Assembly: GCF_001194135.2 (NCBI RefSeq)
Contig: NC_068981.1
Coordinates: 132,555,043 to 132,619,042 of the forward strand
Direction of reading: 5' to 3'
Source: Octopus bimaculoides
Lineage: Eukaryota
Length of the DNA stretch: 64,000 nucleotides
The notes under the pieces are model-generated. The model did no database searches. It was not told where the DNA came from and was given only the letters and a program-made list of their open reading frames with translations. Positions 1 through 12,197 of the stretch are shown one piece after another. Each line of letters starts with the position of its first letter. Positions within the stretch are counted from its first letter, which is position 1. The translations under genes were made by a program, and so were the position numbers.

Positions 1-785
1 ATATATATATATATCCCTGTTTTCACTTCTTGTTGCTTACGAAATCTCCACTAGAAATTGCGAAGAATTTTAGTTTGACAAAAGGTATCAGCAAGGAATT
101 GGAGGAATTTTTGGGAAGAAAATATTCTTTCAGAATCTAAATTATATGAACTCAATCAGCCAACCAGCACGACAAGCCAACGTGGCAGCCTCTCTGTAGT
201 TGCTTGCTTTGCTTGAAATAGCACCCGCGTTTCTGTAAATCATACCACAGTCTTTTTAAAAACGACACATTTGATAATGTATTCCTTGATGTACAAGTGT
301 CAGAGCGCTCGAGGGAGATTGAGCGAGAGAGAGAGAGAGAGGACTGTTATGTCATATAATTCGACTAGATTAAGGCTCTAAGTAACATCAATATTATTAC
401 GCTTACCAAATTTGGGTGTTTCCTTTCAGCAAACTTGTTGATGTTTTTGTGACTGAACGGATCTTTGATCAAAAGCTTTCTAACCGTGACCATCATGTCT
501 TTTAAAGACGATAGGTTGTGTGACTCGAGTTGAAATTTGGCTGTTATTTCTAGCGTATCGAACGACTATGTAGAGGCAGTTACGAAGTTAGTTATAAACT
601 GGAAGAAGCGAAAGTGATAGACACTTTGGTACATCGTCTCAATTTATATTGAACAAGTAAACGTAACATGAATCTATTGTCAATACGTTGGTAAATTTGA
701 TAACGAAGAAAAACTTTTGCATAGTTTCGTATGTCGATTTTATTTATCATTACGTTTTGGTGAATTAAATCATTGTCAGTAAATA

Positions 786-926
786 GTTGTTGTCGGTGTT
801 GTTGTTTGGCTCCAGGTCAGTCCTGGCTGAATAGACATAACGTTTTCGTTTCATTCTTGATCAAGGTGTGATTTTAGAGAAATTCAATTGGTGTTTCTAG
901 CATTTAGCGACCACGTAGCGGCTCCC
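786..926 (-). mobile_element. Unclassified interspersed repeat with (AAC)n tail (representative copy)
   Basis: Recurring blocks 'tttggctgttatttctagc...gaccac.tagaggctccc' and 'caggtcagccctgatcaagcagacc'. Related copies at ~190-400, 450-580, 20000-20080, 26270-26560, 42190-42410 and 55960-56100. Boundaries approximate. Confidence 0.45.
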
Positions 927-1418
927 TAACCTGCACTTCATCAGTAGCTAAAAATAAAATATCTGTATCAAAGTTCTTTACGTGAAACTATACTACAAAA
1001 CAAACTGGCATTTATTTAGACCTTATCCGACAGCGCCATACAGCTTACTTCTAATTAAATTGGTATCTTCTTTCTTGGAATTTTTTTGTACGCCTTCGTT
1101 ATGGTAATTGCTGTTTTCTTTTCCCCCCACCTCATCCATTCTTTCTTTATCTCTTAATTTAATTTTTTTCTTTTTTTTTTCTTACCCCCAAAGTCTTAGT
1201 CGAGTTTGTGTACCATGCGTAATAATGTTTTCATCATCTTCCTCGTGTATTGAGTGATGTACGCATAAAATTTCCGAATTAATTAAAATTTGTCTCGTAT
1301 TTACAGAAAGAAAACAAAAGCTTCAAGGAAAACTATTAGCGACTAACAGTGAATGAATTTCAGCGAAAATTAATTTCTGAGGTTTGGGCGGTGAAGTTGA
1401 CAGCTTTGGACACGTTTC

Positions 1419-1532
1419 AGATCTTTTCCCTTTGAACGGCAGATCGAGAAATTCTACCAGTGTCCGAAGTTTGAAAGTGTTAAGTTACAAAAAATTAATT
1501 TCTCGATCTGCCTTTCAAAGGGTAAAAAATCC
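1419..1532. mobile_element. 114-bp Merlin-like MITE
   Basis: ~35-bp TIRs at 1419-1453 and 1497-1532 (3 mismatches, 1 indel), termini AGATC...ATCC. Perfect 8-bp TSD CACGTTTC at 1411-1418 and 1533-1540. Internal 1451-1481 matches 52349-52379 at 28/31. Confidence 0.75.
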
Positions 1533-1606
1533 CACGTTTCAATATTTGGACCTCATTAGCATACTGTTGTCTTTTCCAAATCTATCTTATTCTCATTGAA
1601 ATCCAC

Positions 1607-1626
1607 TGTATGTATGTATGTATGTA

Positions 1627-1670
<44 letters not shown>

Positions 1671-1692
1671 CATGCATGCATGTATGTATATA
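1607..1692. repeat. 86-bp uninterrupted alternating purine-pyrimidine tract, (TATG)n(TG)n(CG)4(CATG)n
   Basis: Read directly from the sequence. Confidence 0.9.
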
Positions 1693-2296
1693 GTGGGGGT
1701 CTCTATATACGAATGTAATCTGTTCTAGAACTCTGTTCCTTAACCAAATTGTTTTCATTTGTTCATTATATGAGTAAGGCATGAAATAATTGTTTTATTA
1801 GTCCATCTATTAATTGCAAATACATATATGTGTGTGTACTCTTTGTCTTGCTTCGTGGCTATCTATAGTTATGTTTTTAACAAAAAATATGAAAAACATC
1901 ATCTACATAAAATATGAAAATTTGCAAGCTACATGAAGTGCATGCATAGATTGTAACAAAACATTTGTACACTCTCTCTCAACCTATGCATGTATCTAGT
2001 TTGTTGCTCAAATTCCAGTTCATTGGCTGAATATTATTTTCTTCAGAAAAACTACTTGCCATACAATATTTTTATTTAGCATACTGTTCATATATGCTTT
2101 CCTTGCAATTATATGTATGTAGTCTACTTGTAATTGTTTAAATTTCAGCTTGCTAAGAGAATGTGCTCCCAGTAGCTTATTGTACTCATGCATAATCTCA
2201 ATCACATGGCCACACCTGCACCTCTTGATATAACTGTGAAAATACATATTCTAAAACTAATACTGAATTTCTTAAAAAATATTAGAAATGCTCTGA

Positions 2297-2707
2297 GTCT
2301 TTTTGATATCAACTTGTCTGTGACCATTCCTGGTTCTAAGACACAAACTTTGTTTTAAAGTGATCTAAATTAAAACCTTCCATCAAAATTTCATGTTAAT
2401 CTATGTTCCCAGCATCAGCTTAATATCCTTTCTACTAAAGGCACAAGGCCTGAAATTTAGTGGGAGGGGAGTAGTTGATTACAGCACCCCGAAAGGGTGA
2501 AAGGCAAAGTCGACCTCAGTGGAATCTGAACTCGCCAACAGGCGAAATATTGCTAAGCATTTTGTCCAGTGCGCTGATGATTCTGCCAGCTCACCGCCCC
2601 CGGCATCAGGTTAATGATGGCAGAACTATGTTACTAAATTCTTCATTACTTTCATAATTAATTGAAACAAAGGCAGTGCACTTCAACAAAAGTATGGTAA
2701 CAAAAGG
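2297..2707. mobile_element. TTAA (piggyBac-type) MITE family pB-B, interrupted by a SINE-B
   Basis: Homologous to 7025-7710. Ends ggtaacaaaagg|TTAA (2708-2711). Left end decayed. Confidence 0.6.
2425..2598 (-). mobile_element. SINE-B copy nested in pB-B
   Basis: Reverse complement of the gagctggcagaa...ttcagattcc...gaggtcgactttgcctttc head/body seen at 44948. Confidence 0.75.
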
Positions 2708-3343
2708 TTAAATCTATTTGTAATTTCTTTTTATTGTTATGAAATACAAAGTAAGCTTTTTTGTTTTTTAACTTAATAGATATTTTATATAACTGTCTAC
2801 AAAAAGCATACACCATATAAAGTGGGCAGTTGGCAGGGTCATTAAAGCATCAAATAGATTTTGTGATAACTGTTCGGGCCTTTACCATTTTGAGTTCAAA
2901 TTCTGCTGAGGTTAACTTTGCCTTTCAGTGTTGTAGGTTTGATAAAAAACAGTACTTGTCCTGTACTGAGTTCTACTCTATTCTTGTCATTCCTTTTCTC
3001 TGTCTGTTTGTCTTGTCTTGTTCTTGTTCTGGAAGAAACCAGCTGTGGTCAAACCTGAAGAGGGATGTGCTCTGCTAAGTCTAAAGCTATATCCAAGACA
3101 TGCATATATCTTGTTAGTGTCTCTACAACATTATCAAGCAGTTGAGGGCCTGAGGTAATACTAGCATATAATACATATAATAGGTCGTAACAATTAGCAG
3201 ATAATAAAGGCAAAAGCACAAGAGTCATGTATAGAAAACTGAGGTATCTAAAGTGCAATGCCCTTACTTTAATCTGTCTTCCTATGCATAGCTAAGTGCA
3301 GGCATGGCTGTATGGTTAAGAAGCTCACTTTTGCAGTCATGTA

Positions 3344-4552
3344 TTAGGTTGTTTCACCTGAAATGTCGTATTTGAAAGGTAACAATAAAATATTGCAGAA
3401 GTGTTAGAGAACTGATTTGTTTAATCAAAGTATGATCCATGTTCATTTATGATGTTTACCCATATATTCCATCTTAAAAAAAGAAATTCATCTTTTGCTG
3501 TGACAAACTGTCCAAACGCTTCAATTACCTCTTCTCTATTTAAGAATGTTTTATTGCTTATGAAAAGCTCAAAATGCTTAAATAAGTGACGACCAGTTAG
3601 AGAGATATCAGGGGAATAGGGAAGATGTTGCAAAATCTCATAATTCAGGCTTTGCAACTTTTGGACCATAGCTTGAGGAGTGTGAGGACGTGCATTGTTG
3701 TGGAGCAAAATTGGGCCATCTCTATTCACTAGTCTGGGTTGCTTCTTTTTCAAATTTTCATGCATACAATCAATTTCCTGGCAATATGATGTTGCTGTTA
3801 CCATTTTTCCTTGTTGCAAAAATGAATAAAGAATAACTCCCTTTGCAGACCACCATACAGTGACCACTAACTTTTTAGGATACAGTGGTAGGTTTGGGTA
3901 GTGTTTAGGTAACTCTCCTGCATCTAATCACTGTCCTGTTCTCCTGCTTTTGTCAAAGTGTATCCATTTCTCATCACAAGTAATGATTTGATGCAAACAT
4001 GGTCTTTTTGCAGTTGAGAAAGCAATAAGGCGCACACTTCGAGACATCTGTCTTTCTGAATCTTGTTCAGTTGATGTGGAACAAACCTATTTCTTTTCTT
4101 GACATTTCCATTTTTTTACAGGTGTCCAAAAACAGTTGTGTGAGATGTTTGGAGTTTTGATGAAAGTTTTTGAACCTTTGTTCTCAGATTTTGTTCAACC
4201 AAAGCATTTAATCTATCATGCCGAATAACTGATTTTGGCCTGCCCGTTGGTTTATTTTCAAGGCTATCATCGCCTGAATGAGAGCTTAGGAACAATCTCT
4301 GAGCAGTTCTGATGTCAACAAAACCATTACCAAAGGCCCGCTTGATATTCCTTAGAGCTTCTTTGGCAGAGTGACCCGGTTTGTACTCATACGAGAAAAT
4401 CACTCAACATAGTTTGGTTGTTATCACTTTCTTAAGGTCTGTGGGTACGAATTTTGTATACAAAAAGAAAAAGAGTCAAGATTAAATGAGTTTTTTGAAT
4501 GACTGAAATAACAAGTAATTAAAAATGCAACATTTCTTGTGAAACAACCTAA
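3344..4552 (-). mobile_element. Full-length (1209-bp) decayed mariner transposon, Hsmar1/cecropia-like
   Basis: 30-bp TIRs ttaggttgtttcac(ct/aa)gaaatgt(c/t)g(t/c)attt with 4 mismatches, resembling the Hsmar1 TIR. TA TSD at 3342-3343 and 4553-4554. Confidence 0.92.
3421..4403 (-). pseudogene. Mariner transposase pseudogene (frameshifted)
   Basis: ORF 4116-4403 resembles the Hsmar1 N-terminal HTH (GDDSLENKPTGRP). ORF 3421-3867 has MVTVWWS, HNNARPH (canonical HDNARPH), YSPDISLTG (canonical YSPDLSPTD) and GSYFD. Two catalytic Asp positions are mutated. Confidence 0.92.
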
Positions 4553-4776
4553 TAGTTTCATGTTTAGTCCCACTGTGTGGTACTTTGAGCAAGTGCTTTC
4601 TACTATAACCTTAGGCTGACCAATAACTAGTAAGTGAATTTGGTAGAATGGAAACAGTGTGGAAGTCAATTGTATGTGTGTTTATGTGTATGCATGCATA
4701 TATTTACATATAGATAACGGACACTGAAAGTGATTGTGCTTTACCAGTAAGCTACCAGGTATAAACCATTTTATTA

Positions 4777-4838
4777 TCTCTCTCTCTCTTTCTCTCACTC
4801 TCTTTCTCTCACTCTCTCTTTCTCTCACTCTCTCTCTC

Positions 4839-4903
<65 letters not shown>
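4777..4903. repeat. Compound microsatellite (TC)n/(TA)n/(TG)n
   Basis: Read directly from the sequence. Confidence 0.9.
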
Positions 4904-4906
<3 letters not shown>

Positions 4907-5038
4907 AATTCAATAATACGATGAATTCTTTTACAATAATTTATCAAGTAGCTAGCGTGAAAAAAACCTCATAAGGGGAAAAAAATCCATCATTTATTCC
5001 TGAAATATATATTTATATTTATATAAGGGCATTACTAT

Positions 5039-5335
5039 NNNNNNNNNNNNNNNNNNNNNNNNNNNNNNNNNNNNNNNNNNNNNNNNNNNNNNNNNNNNNN
5101 NNNNNNNNNNNNNNNNNNNNNNNNNNNNNNNNNNNNNNNNNNNNNNNNNNNNNNNNNNNNNNNNNNNNNNNNNNNNNNNNNNNNNNNNNNNNNNNNNNNN
5201 NNNNNNNNNNNNNNNNNNNNNNNNNNNNNNNNNNNNNNNNNNNNNNNNNNNNNNNNNNNNNNNNNNNNNNNNNNNNNNNNNNNNNNNNNNNNNNNNNNNN
5301 NNNNNNNNNNNNNNNNNNNNNNNNNNNNNNNNNNN
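5039..5335. other. Assembly gap
   Basis: N run. Confidence 1.
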
Positions 5336-5371
<36 letters not shown>

Positions 5372-6396
5372 CTAGCTTAAAAGCCACCCTATTCTTCTGA
5401 ATAGTCCTTTTCTCCCAAAATATTAAGGTTTTTAAAAACTTTCTGCATAATGCTTGTGGCTTTGTATGTGTTTATCCCCTCATTCACTGCTTCTTGGTTT
5501 ATTTACGTCCACATAACCAAGCAGTTCAACAATAGAAATTGGTAGAATAAGTGCCAGAACTTTAAAAACCCAAAAGTAATTACTAGAGTTGAATAAGAAA
5601 ACAACATTGGATATAGAATAAGTATCTTAAAATAGTATAAATGATTTTATTGCTTGCTGGGTCACCTTAAACTGATCTAAGTGCATTTAATTATTAATTA
5701 AATGCAATTGTTTATATGCAATTGTATTTTAGTCTAGTGACTGTCTGCATTTTACAAACAGGTTTAATTATGATCTAATGTAATATGCAGGCTGATTATT
5801 ACTTTGCCACCTTTAAATTAACACTAATAAATCCTATAACAAATGTATCAGATGTAAATTTTTGATTTCCAATTGGATCAACAAAAGACTATAGCCGTTC
5901 AGTATTTGCAACTTAAGTGACTGATTGAATGTGAAAGCGTGTCTTGGAGTAATTGAGTGAAATGTTGCCATGTATTTAGAGTACTAGCATCAACACAGTC
6001 ACAGATTCTGGGCTATGGCTGTAGTTGAATAGCCCCAGTATGTGACTGGTATTACATTTTATCAAACTTGGAAGAATAAAATGTAACGTTAACCTAGACA
6101 AGATTTTAACTTAGAACATAAAGAACTATAACCATATACTGCTCTACCAATTATTCTGATCCATCACTCTGTAATTATATTATACTAGAACAAAGTCTTG
6201 TGAGAGAATTTGGTAAATGGAAACTGGTTTCTATGGCTGGAAGCTCTTCCTAATGCCAACCACTTTACATAGTGTACAGTATGCTTTTTGTGTTGCAACC
6301 ACACCAGTGCTTTTCATATGGTACCGGCACCCACACCAATACTTTTTATATGGTACCTTGGTTTTAGGAACTCAGTTCTGTTGTGGTGTGTAGGTA

Positions 6397-6459
<63 letters not shown>

Positions 6460-6471
<12 letters not shown>

Positions 6472-6745
6472 GTAATATGTATGTGGGTGTATGTTTGTAT
6501 GTATTCATGTCTAGACATCACATGGTGATTGTAAGAGAACATCGTTGTCATAGAAGCATGGTTGTTTGTTTCTAGTCTTCAGTGAAAAACATGTCTGGCT
6601 ATGGGGAAATATTACCTTGCGTGGAAGCAGGTGAGGGTTGGCAACAGGAAGGGCATCCTGCTGTAGAAAGTCTGCCTCAGCAAATTCTGTCTGACCCATA
6701 TGAGCATGAAAAACTTAAATGTTAAATGATGACGATGGTGAAGAA
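6460..6745 (+). mobile_element. SINE-A2 3' half with RTE-type tail
   Basis: gggttggcaacaggaagggcatcc...cccatatgagcatgaaaaac...ttaaatgatgacgatg. Confidence 0.7.
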
Positions 6746-7164
6746 AGATAGAAATTGGTCTGTGGTTGGGAAGTGGGATGATGGAGAGGCTGCAAATAGG
6801 GGTATCAGTACATAGCCTTAATGAATTTGGAACTTGCTGTTCTGTTAGCTCGATTCCTATACAAGGCATGCATTTAAACAAAAATGAGGGAAGAGGAATA
6901 ACCCATGGTTTGAATACAGGCAACAAAGATGAATAAAAGTATATCAAATACTATTCAAAATATAAGTTTTGATTTATTGAAGCTACCTTCCTGTCTCCAG
7001 ACAATCAGATGGTCTTTTTCTTAACACTATTGATACCAAATTGCCTGAGACCATTCTTGGTTCTATGATTCAAATCCCAGTGTTGAAGTAATCTGAACTG
7101 AAACCTTTCATCAAAATTTCTTGTTAATTTATGTTGCAAACACCAGCTAATGATCAAAATTTGT

Positions 7165-7181
7165 CATCATCATTGTCATCG

Positions 7182-7221
<40 letters not shown>

Positions 7222-7648
7222 CACTTAAATCTTTAGTGTTCAGATTAATCTGTTAAATGTAATACTTTTTTCACTCAAATTGTTTTGAATTAATCATACA
7301 TTATCTTACAGCTTTGAGGTTTCGATGGTGTGATAGTTTATTCTTAGAATGTCAATGTAGGTTAGGTGTGAGAGGCTGGATATGGCCAGTTTGAATGTAA
7401 ATCATGTAGGATATTTGGGCCGGATATGGCTGGCTTAAACACCAAAGGGTTAATGCCTATTTTCCATGCTGGAATTGGATGGATGATTTGACAGGAGCTC
7501 GTAAGGTTGGGAGCTGCACCAATCACCATTGTCTGTTTTGGCATGGTTTCTATGGCTAAATGCTCTTCCTAATGCCACCACTTTACAGAATGTACTGGGT
7601 GCTTTTTATGTGGCAGCAGCACCAGTGCTTTTTACATTGCACCAGTCA
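7165..7648 (-). mobile_element. RTE LINE 3' fragment (split by pB-A)
   Basis: (CAT)n tail, then ttttccatgctgg...tttctatggct...cttcctaatgcc after 7453. Confidence 0.7.
7229..7449. mobile_element. TTAA (piggyBac-type) MITE family pB-A
   Basis: TTAA TSD at 7225-7228 and 7450-7453. Ends ctttag.../...caaaggg. Homologous to 25614, 25657, 20412 and 28200. Confidence 0.75.
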
Positions 7649-7760
7649 TTCTTTCAAAAAACAATTGAAATAAAGGCAGTGTATATCATCTGAAATATAG
7701 TAACAAGAGGTTGAACAGCATCTCAATTCATGTAAGTTCCAGACAATACTTGATGCTTGA

Positions 7761-8128
7761 AAGGCGGTGAGCTGACACAATCGTTAGCATGCCGGGTGAA
7801 ATGCTTAGCGGTATTTCGTCTGCCGCTATGTTCTGAGTTCAAATTCTGCTGAGGTCGATTTTACCTTTCGTCCTTTTGGGGTTGATTAAATAAGTACCAG
7901 TTACTCACTAGAGTCGATGTAATCAACTTAATCACTTTGTCTGTCCTTGTTTGTCTGCCGCTATGTTCTGCGTTCAAATTCTGCTGAGGTCGACTTTGCC
8001 TTTCGTCCTTTTGGGGTTGATTAAATAAGTACCAGTTACGCACTAGAGTTGATGTAATCGACTTAATCCCTTTGTCTGTCCTTGTTTGTCCCCTCTATAT
8101 TTAGCTCCCTGTGGGCAATAAAGGAATA
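7761..8128 (+). mobile_element. SINE-B with ~134-bp internal tandem duplication
   Basis: Perfect 16-bp TSD aatacttgatgcttga at 7745-7760 and 8129-8144. B-box-like gagttcaaattc. Body 7819-7952 is repeated from 7953. Confidence 0.88.
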
Positions 8129-8686
8129 AATACTTGATGCTTGAGATTGTCTCCCTTTCTCATTCAGAATTGATCACTGTTGCTGAATGGTATCTGTTTT
8201 CTCAAGAAGGAAAGATAGTTTTAATAAATCAATAATTTATCTTGTGTGGTAATTAGTTATTATGCTTTTATAGATCGTTTTGCTGGACTAGCTGTCATTG
8301 CTGTTAATTCCATTTCTCCAGTCACTGATATGGAAGACAATTTCAATGGTTTATAAGGAGACAGGAAGTAGGAAGTTGTAACATTAATCACTTCCTTCAT
8401 AAGGGTGTTATTGATGTAAGAAAAGTGACACCAGTTAGGTCTGGAACTTTTGAGAAATGCACTGTTATTTCATAGTATTCACCTCTTTCTATATACATAT
8501 GCAAATACTAGCCACAAAACTTCTTTACCTTGTTCTTTGTTTTATGAGTTTCTTTATGTAAGAATCAATAATAATAGAAAGTCTGTTGAAGTGAGACAGC
8601 TGTCTTACTTTAAAAGTCTTTTTTATAATTATTGCTAATGGAAGGAGGGAAAAAGAGAGATTGGGTACTGAATTATGTATAAAAGT

Positions 8687-9172
8687 GGATATGGCTGCAT
8701 GGTTAAGAAGTTTGCTTCTCAACCACATAGTTTCAAGTTCAGTTCCATTATGTGGAAGCCTTGGGCAAGTGTCTACTATTATAACCCTGAGCTGGCTAAA
8801 ACCTGTTGAGTAGATTTTGTAGATATAAACTGAAAGAAACCTGTTATATACATATGTGTGTTTAAGTTAAGTGTATATATATATTTATGTTAGAGTTTTG
8901 TGTCTTTGTGTCTCCTTGTCTTGAAATCACACTGTAGTTGTAAGTGAATGTCACTGTCTTACAAGCATTATCATTCTTTTTCAAATATTTTCTGTTAATG
9001 TTTAGCTATAGGGAAATATTACTTTGCTGGGAAACAATTGAGAGTTGAAAAAAGGGCATCCATAGAAAATCTACCTCAGTTAGCTCTATCCAACCCTTTC
9101 AAGCATGAAAATGTGGATATTTAAAACAGTGATGACGATGATGATTATAACAATGATGATGATGATGATGAT
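8687..9172 (+). mobile_element. SINE-A2: tRNA head + CORE-like + microsatellite + RTE-type tail
   Basis: Same head as 22401 (ccttgggcaagtgtc). Tail aagggcatcc...gcatgaaaatgtggatatttaaaac(gat)n. Similar copies at 10015-10415 and 41320-41800. Confidence 0.75.
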
Positions 9173-9424
9173 AACTTTCCATTATAGTGAATTTACTGTG
9201 TGTTAGAGAATACACTGCAATAGCAGCATATAATGTCATCTTACCTATATCTGCTGTTGTTAAGAACATTTGAGTTGTTGGTATTGTTTAGCCCTAAGTC
9301 AGCTATTATCAAATAGACTGATGACATTTGGTAAGACATTAATAAAATGACAAAGTAACCAACATCATCATCACCATCATCATCAGCCTTAAACCAATGA
9401 GAGGATGATGTATAGACAATTTTC

Positions 9425-9900
9425 ACCATCATCACCACCATCATTTAACATCCATTTGCCATGCTTGCATAAGTTGGATGGTTTGACAGGAGCTGGGGAG
9501 CTGTCCAGACTCCAATTGTCTGTTGTGGAATGGTTTCTATGGCTGGATGTCTTTCTTAATGCCAACCACTTTATAGAGTGTGCTGGGTGCTTTTTGATGT
9601 GTCACATGCATGGGTGCATTTATGCAGCACTGGTACAAGTGCATTTTATGTGGCACTGGCACCTGTAAAGGACAAGCCTGTATGCATGGATGACAGCGAT
9701 TTTACTTAGCTTAACGTGTCTTCTTAAGTACAGCAAATTGCCACAACTCCTGATCCCTTGTCATTTCCTCAGCGAGGCCCAGTGATTGAAAATCCTTTCT
9801 CACCATTTTGTCCCATGTCTTCCTGGGTCTTTTTTTTTCCATAGGTTCTCTCCACAATTAGTGCTCGGCACTTCTTTATGCAGCTGTCCTCATCCAATAT
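9425..9900 (-). mobile_element. RTE LINE 3' end including ORF C-terminus
   Basis: Minus strand reads RPRKTWDKMVRKDFQSLGLAEEMTRDQELWQFAVLKKTR*, followed by the 3'UTR and (GAT)n-type tail. Confidence 0.82.
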
Positions 9901-10419
9901 GGGAGAGAAATGATCAGCTGGATAAAGAGTTAGGTTATTAATTTACAGGTTGTAAAGTCAAATCTGTAAGTCCTTTGTTATGTTTCAGACCCTGTTTTAA
10001 GGCACATCCACACATACATGGCTATGTGGATGAGAAGTTTGTTTTTCAACCACATAGTTTTGGGTTCAGTCCCACTGTGAGGCACTTGGGTGACTGCTTT
10101 CCACTAAAGTTCTGGGTTGACCAAAGCTTTGTGAGTGGATTTGATTAAAGAAGCCCATTGTAGTTGTATGTATATGTGTGTACGTCAGTGTGATTGTGTG
10201 TATCTTCTTGCTTTGACATTGCATAATTGTTGAAGTGAGTGTTACTATCATACAAGTAACGTTATACATTGCCAATATTTTGTGAAAACCATGTCTTTGA
10301 TAGGAAACATGAGGGTTGGTGACAGGAAGGGCATCCAGCTGTAGAAAATCTGCCTCAATAAATTCCATCTGACACATGCAAAAATGGAAAATGGGCATTA
10401 TGACAATGATGATATAATA

Positions 10420-11155
10420 CCTAAATGCATGAATTTTTAGTTGAATGAATTAACCCTCGTACCTAATTTTTTTAAAGCCTGGTACTTATTCTATCAGTGG
10501 AGTCGCAATGGCCCAGTGGTTAGGGCAGCGGACTTGTGGTCATAGGATCACGGTTTCGATTCCCAGACCGAGCATTGTGAGTGTTTATTGAGCGAAAACA
10601 CCTAAAGCTCCATGAGGCTCTGGCAGGAGATGGTGGCGAACCCTGCTGTACTCTTTCACCACAACTTTCTCTCACTCTTTCTTCCTGTTTCTGTTGTACC
10701 TGTAATTCAAAGGGTCAGCCTTGTCCCACTCTGTCTCACGCTGAATATCCCCGAAAACTACGTTAAGGGTACATGTGTGTGTGGAGTGCTCAGCCACTTG
10801 CACGTTAATTTCACGAGCAGGCTGTTCCGTTGATCGGATCAACTGGAACCCTCGACTTCGTAAGTGACGGAGTGCCAACAACTTATTCTATCAGTGTCTT
10901 TTGCTTAACTGCTAAGTTATGAGGATGTACACACACCAACACTGGTTGTCAAGCGATGGTGAGGAAAAAACACCGACAGAGAGAGAGAGAGAGAGAGCGA
11001 GGCTTGTTTCAATTTCTGTCTACCAAATCCACTCACAAAGCTTTGGTCGGTATGAAGCTACATTAGAAGACACTTGCCGAAAGTGCCATTCAGTTAGGTT
11101 GAGCTTGGAACCATGTGTTTGGGAAGTAAGCTTCTTGCCACACAGCCACACCTAC
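10420..11155 (-). mobile_element. SINE-A split by a SINE-C insertion
   Basis: aagcctggtacttattctatc...ctgctaagtta...ctaccaaatccactcacaaagc...ccacacagccac. Confidence 0.75.
10499..10880 (+). mobile_element. SINE-C, tRNA-derived, AAC tail
   Basis: A box tggcccagtgg, B box ggtttcgattcc. 15-bp TSD acttattctatcagt at 10484-10498 and 10881-10895. Second copy at 26986-27372. Confidence 0.9.
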
Positions 11156-12197
11156 ACCTATATACCTGGAATATGGTTGTTACTTAACTTTATTTCTCTG
11201 GTTTCCCATGTAAAAAAAAGGGGTTTTTGAACATGGAAGCCAAATGAATAAATAAATGAATAGAAAATAAAATAAAAACCAAAAAAAATTGTCACCCTAG
11301 AGTTTACAAGAGAAGAATGTGGAAGATGTAAAACACCTGGTTGTTATATGATCATACTACTTCACGCACCTCTGTTACAAATTTAGCTTGATATAACTGA
11401 TGGTGAAACTGAACCTATACATTGTTAGTTGAATGTAGATATGATGTGCTTGTTTGTCGGTAATTTTGGAACCAATGCAAATTGGTTGTTGTTTTGTTAC
11501 AGTTTTTTTTTGTTTTTGCATTCTGAAAAAGAATATCTGTTATAGGTTGTTAAATACAAAGTTATAAATGATGGAATTTATTTAGAATTGAACTGAGATG
11601 TATGACTCACTGCAAACCAGATGCTTAATAATAAGTAATTTCTTGTTGGTATTCAAGGCCATTAGATTTGCAGAGAAATGGAATGGAAGTGATATTGTTT
11701 GATGTTGATGTTTTTGTCAGGTGAGTTACTTGTGCTATGAGGTGAAATGAAATTCACACTGGCAGTGAAATGGTTACAGCTAGGGACCTATAAATTGGCA
11801 GTTGGAGTTATCAGACTTTGAATGATATGTTTTGTCTTTTACTTGTTTCAGTCATTAGACTGTGGCCATGCTAGGGCACTGCCTTGAAGGGTTTTAGTCA
11901 AACAAAGTGACCCCAGAACTTTTCTTATTCTATTGGTCTCTATGCCAGACAGCTAAGTTATGAGGGACATAACAAAGCTGACATTGGTTGTCAAGTGGTG
12001 GGAGAGGGACAAACACAGACATAAACTCATAAATCATCATCATCATCAATATTATTTTAACATACACTTTTCTGCGTTTGCATGGGTTTGATGAAGTTTG
12101 TTGCGGTGGAATTTCTATGTCCAGGTGCCCTTCCTGCCACCAACTCTCACCTGTTTCTAAGGTGATATTTCCCTATATTTCGGGTACACACACACAC

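Larger units (their letters stand above)
3301..4680 (+). mobile_element. SINE-A (tRNA head + CORE-like) split by a mariner insertion
   Basis: Head ggcatggctgtatggttaagaagc at 3301-3341 continues as gtttcatgtttagtcccactgtgtggtactttgagcaagtg after 4554, collinear with the intact copy at 22401. Confidence 0.75.
7025..7710. mobile_element. pB-B TTAA MITE containing an RTE 3' fragment that itself contains a pB-A MITE
   Basis: TTAA|cactattgatacc at 7021-7024 and gtaacaagagg|ttga at the right end. Homologous to 2297-2707. Confidence 0.65.

Noticed and set aside
1307-1381. Possible non-coding exon (ttacag| ... gag|gtttgg) in the CpG-rich left end
   Set aside because: All three frames contain stops and the donor is weak. 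Splice-like motifs arise by chance in AT-rich DNA.
1384-1599. 71-aa ORF
   Set aside because: It starts at TTG and reads through the 114-bp MITE.
10499-10575. tRNA genes (also 27300-27372, 59379-59450, 22401-22470)
   Set aside because: A/B boxes are present but continue directly into SINE bodies with tails or TSDs. I could not fold a clean cloverleaf.
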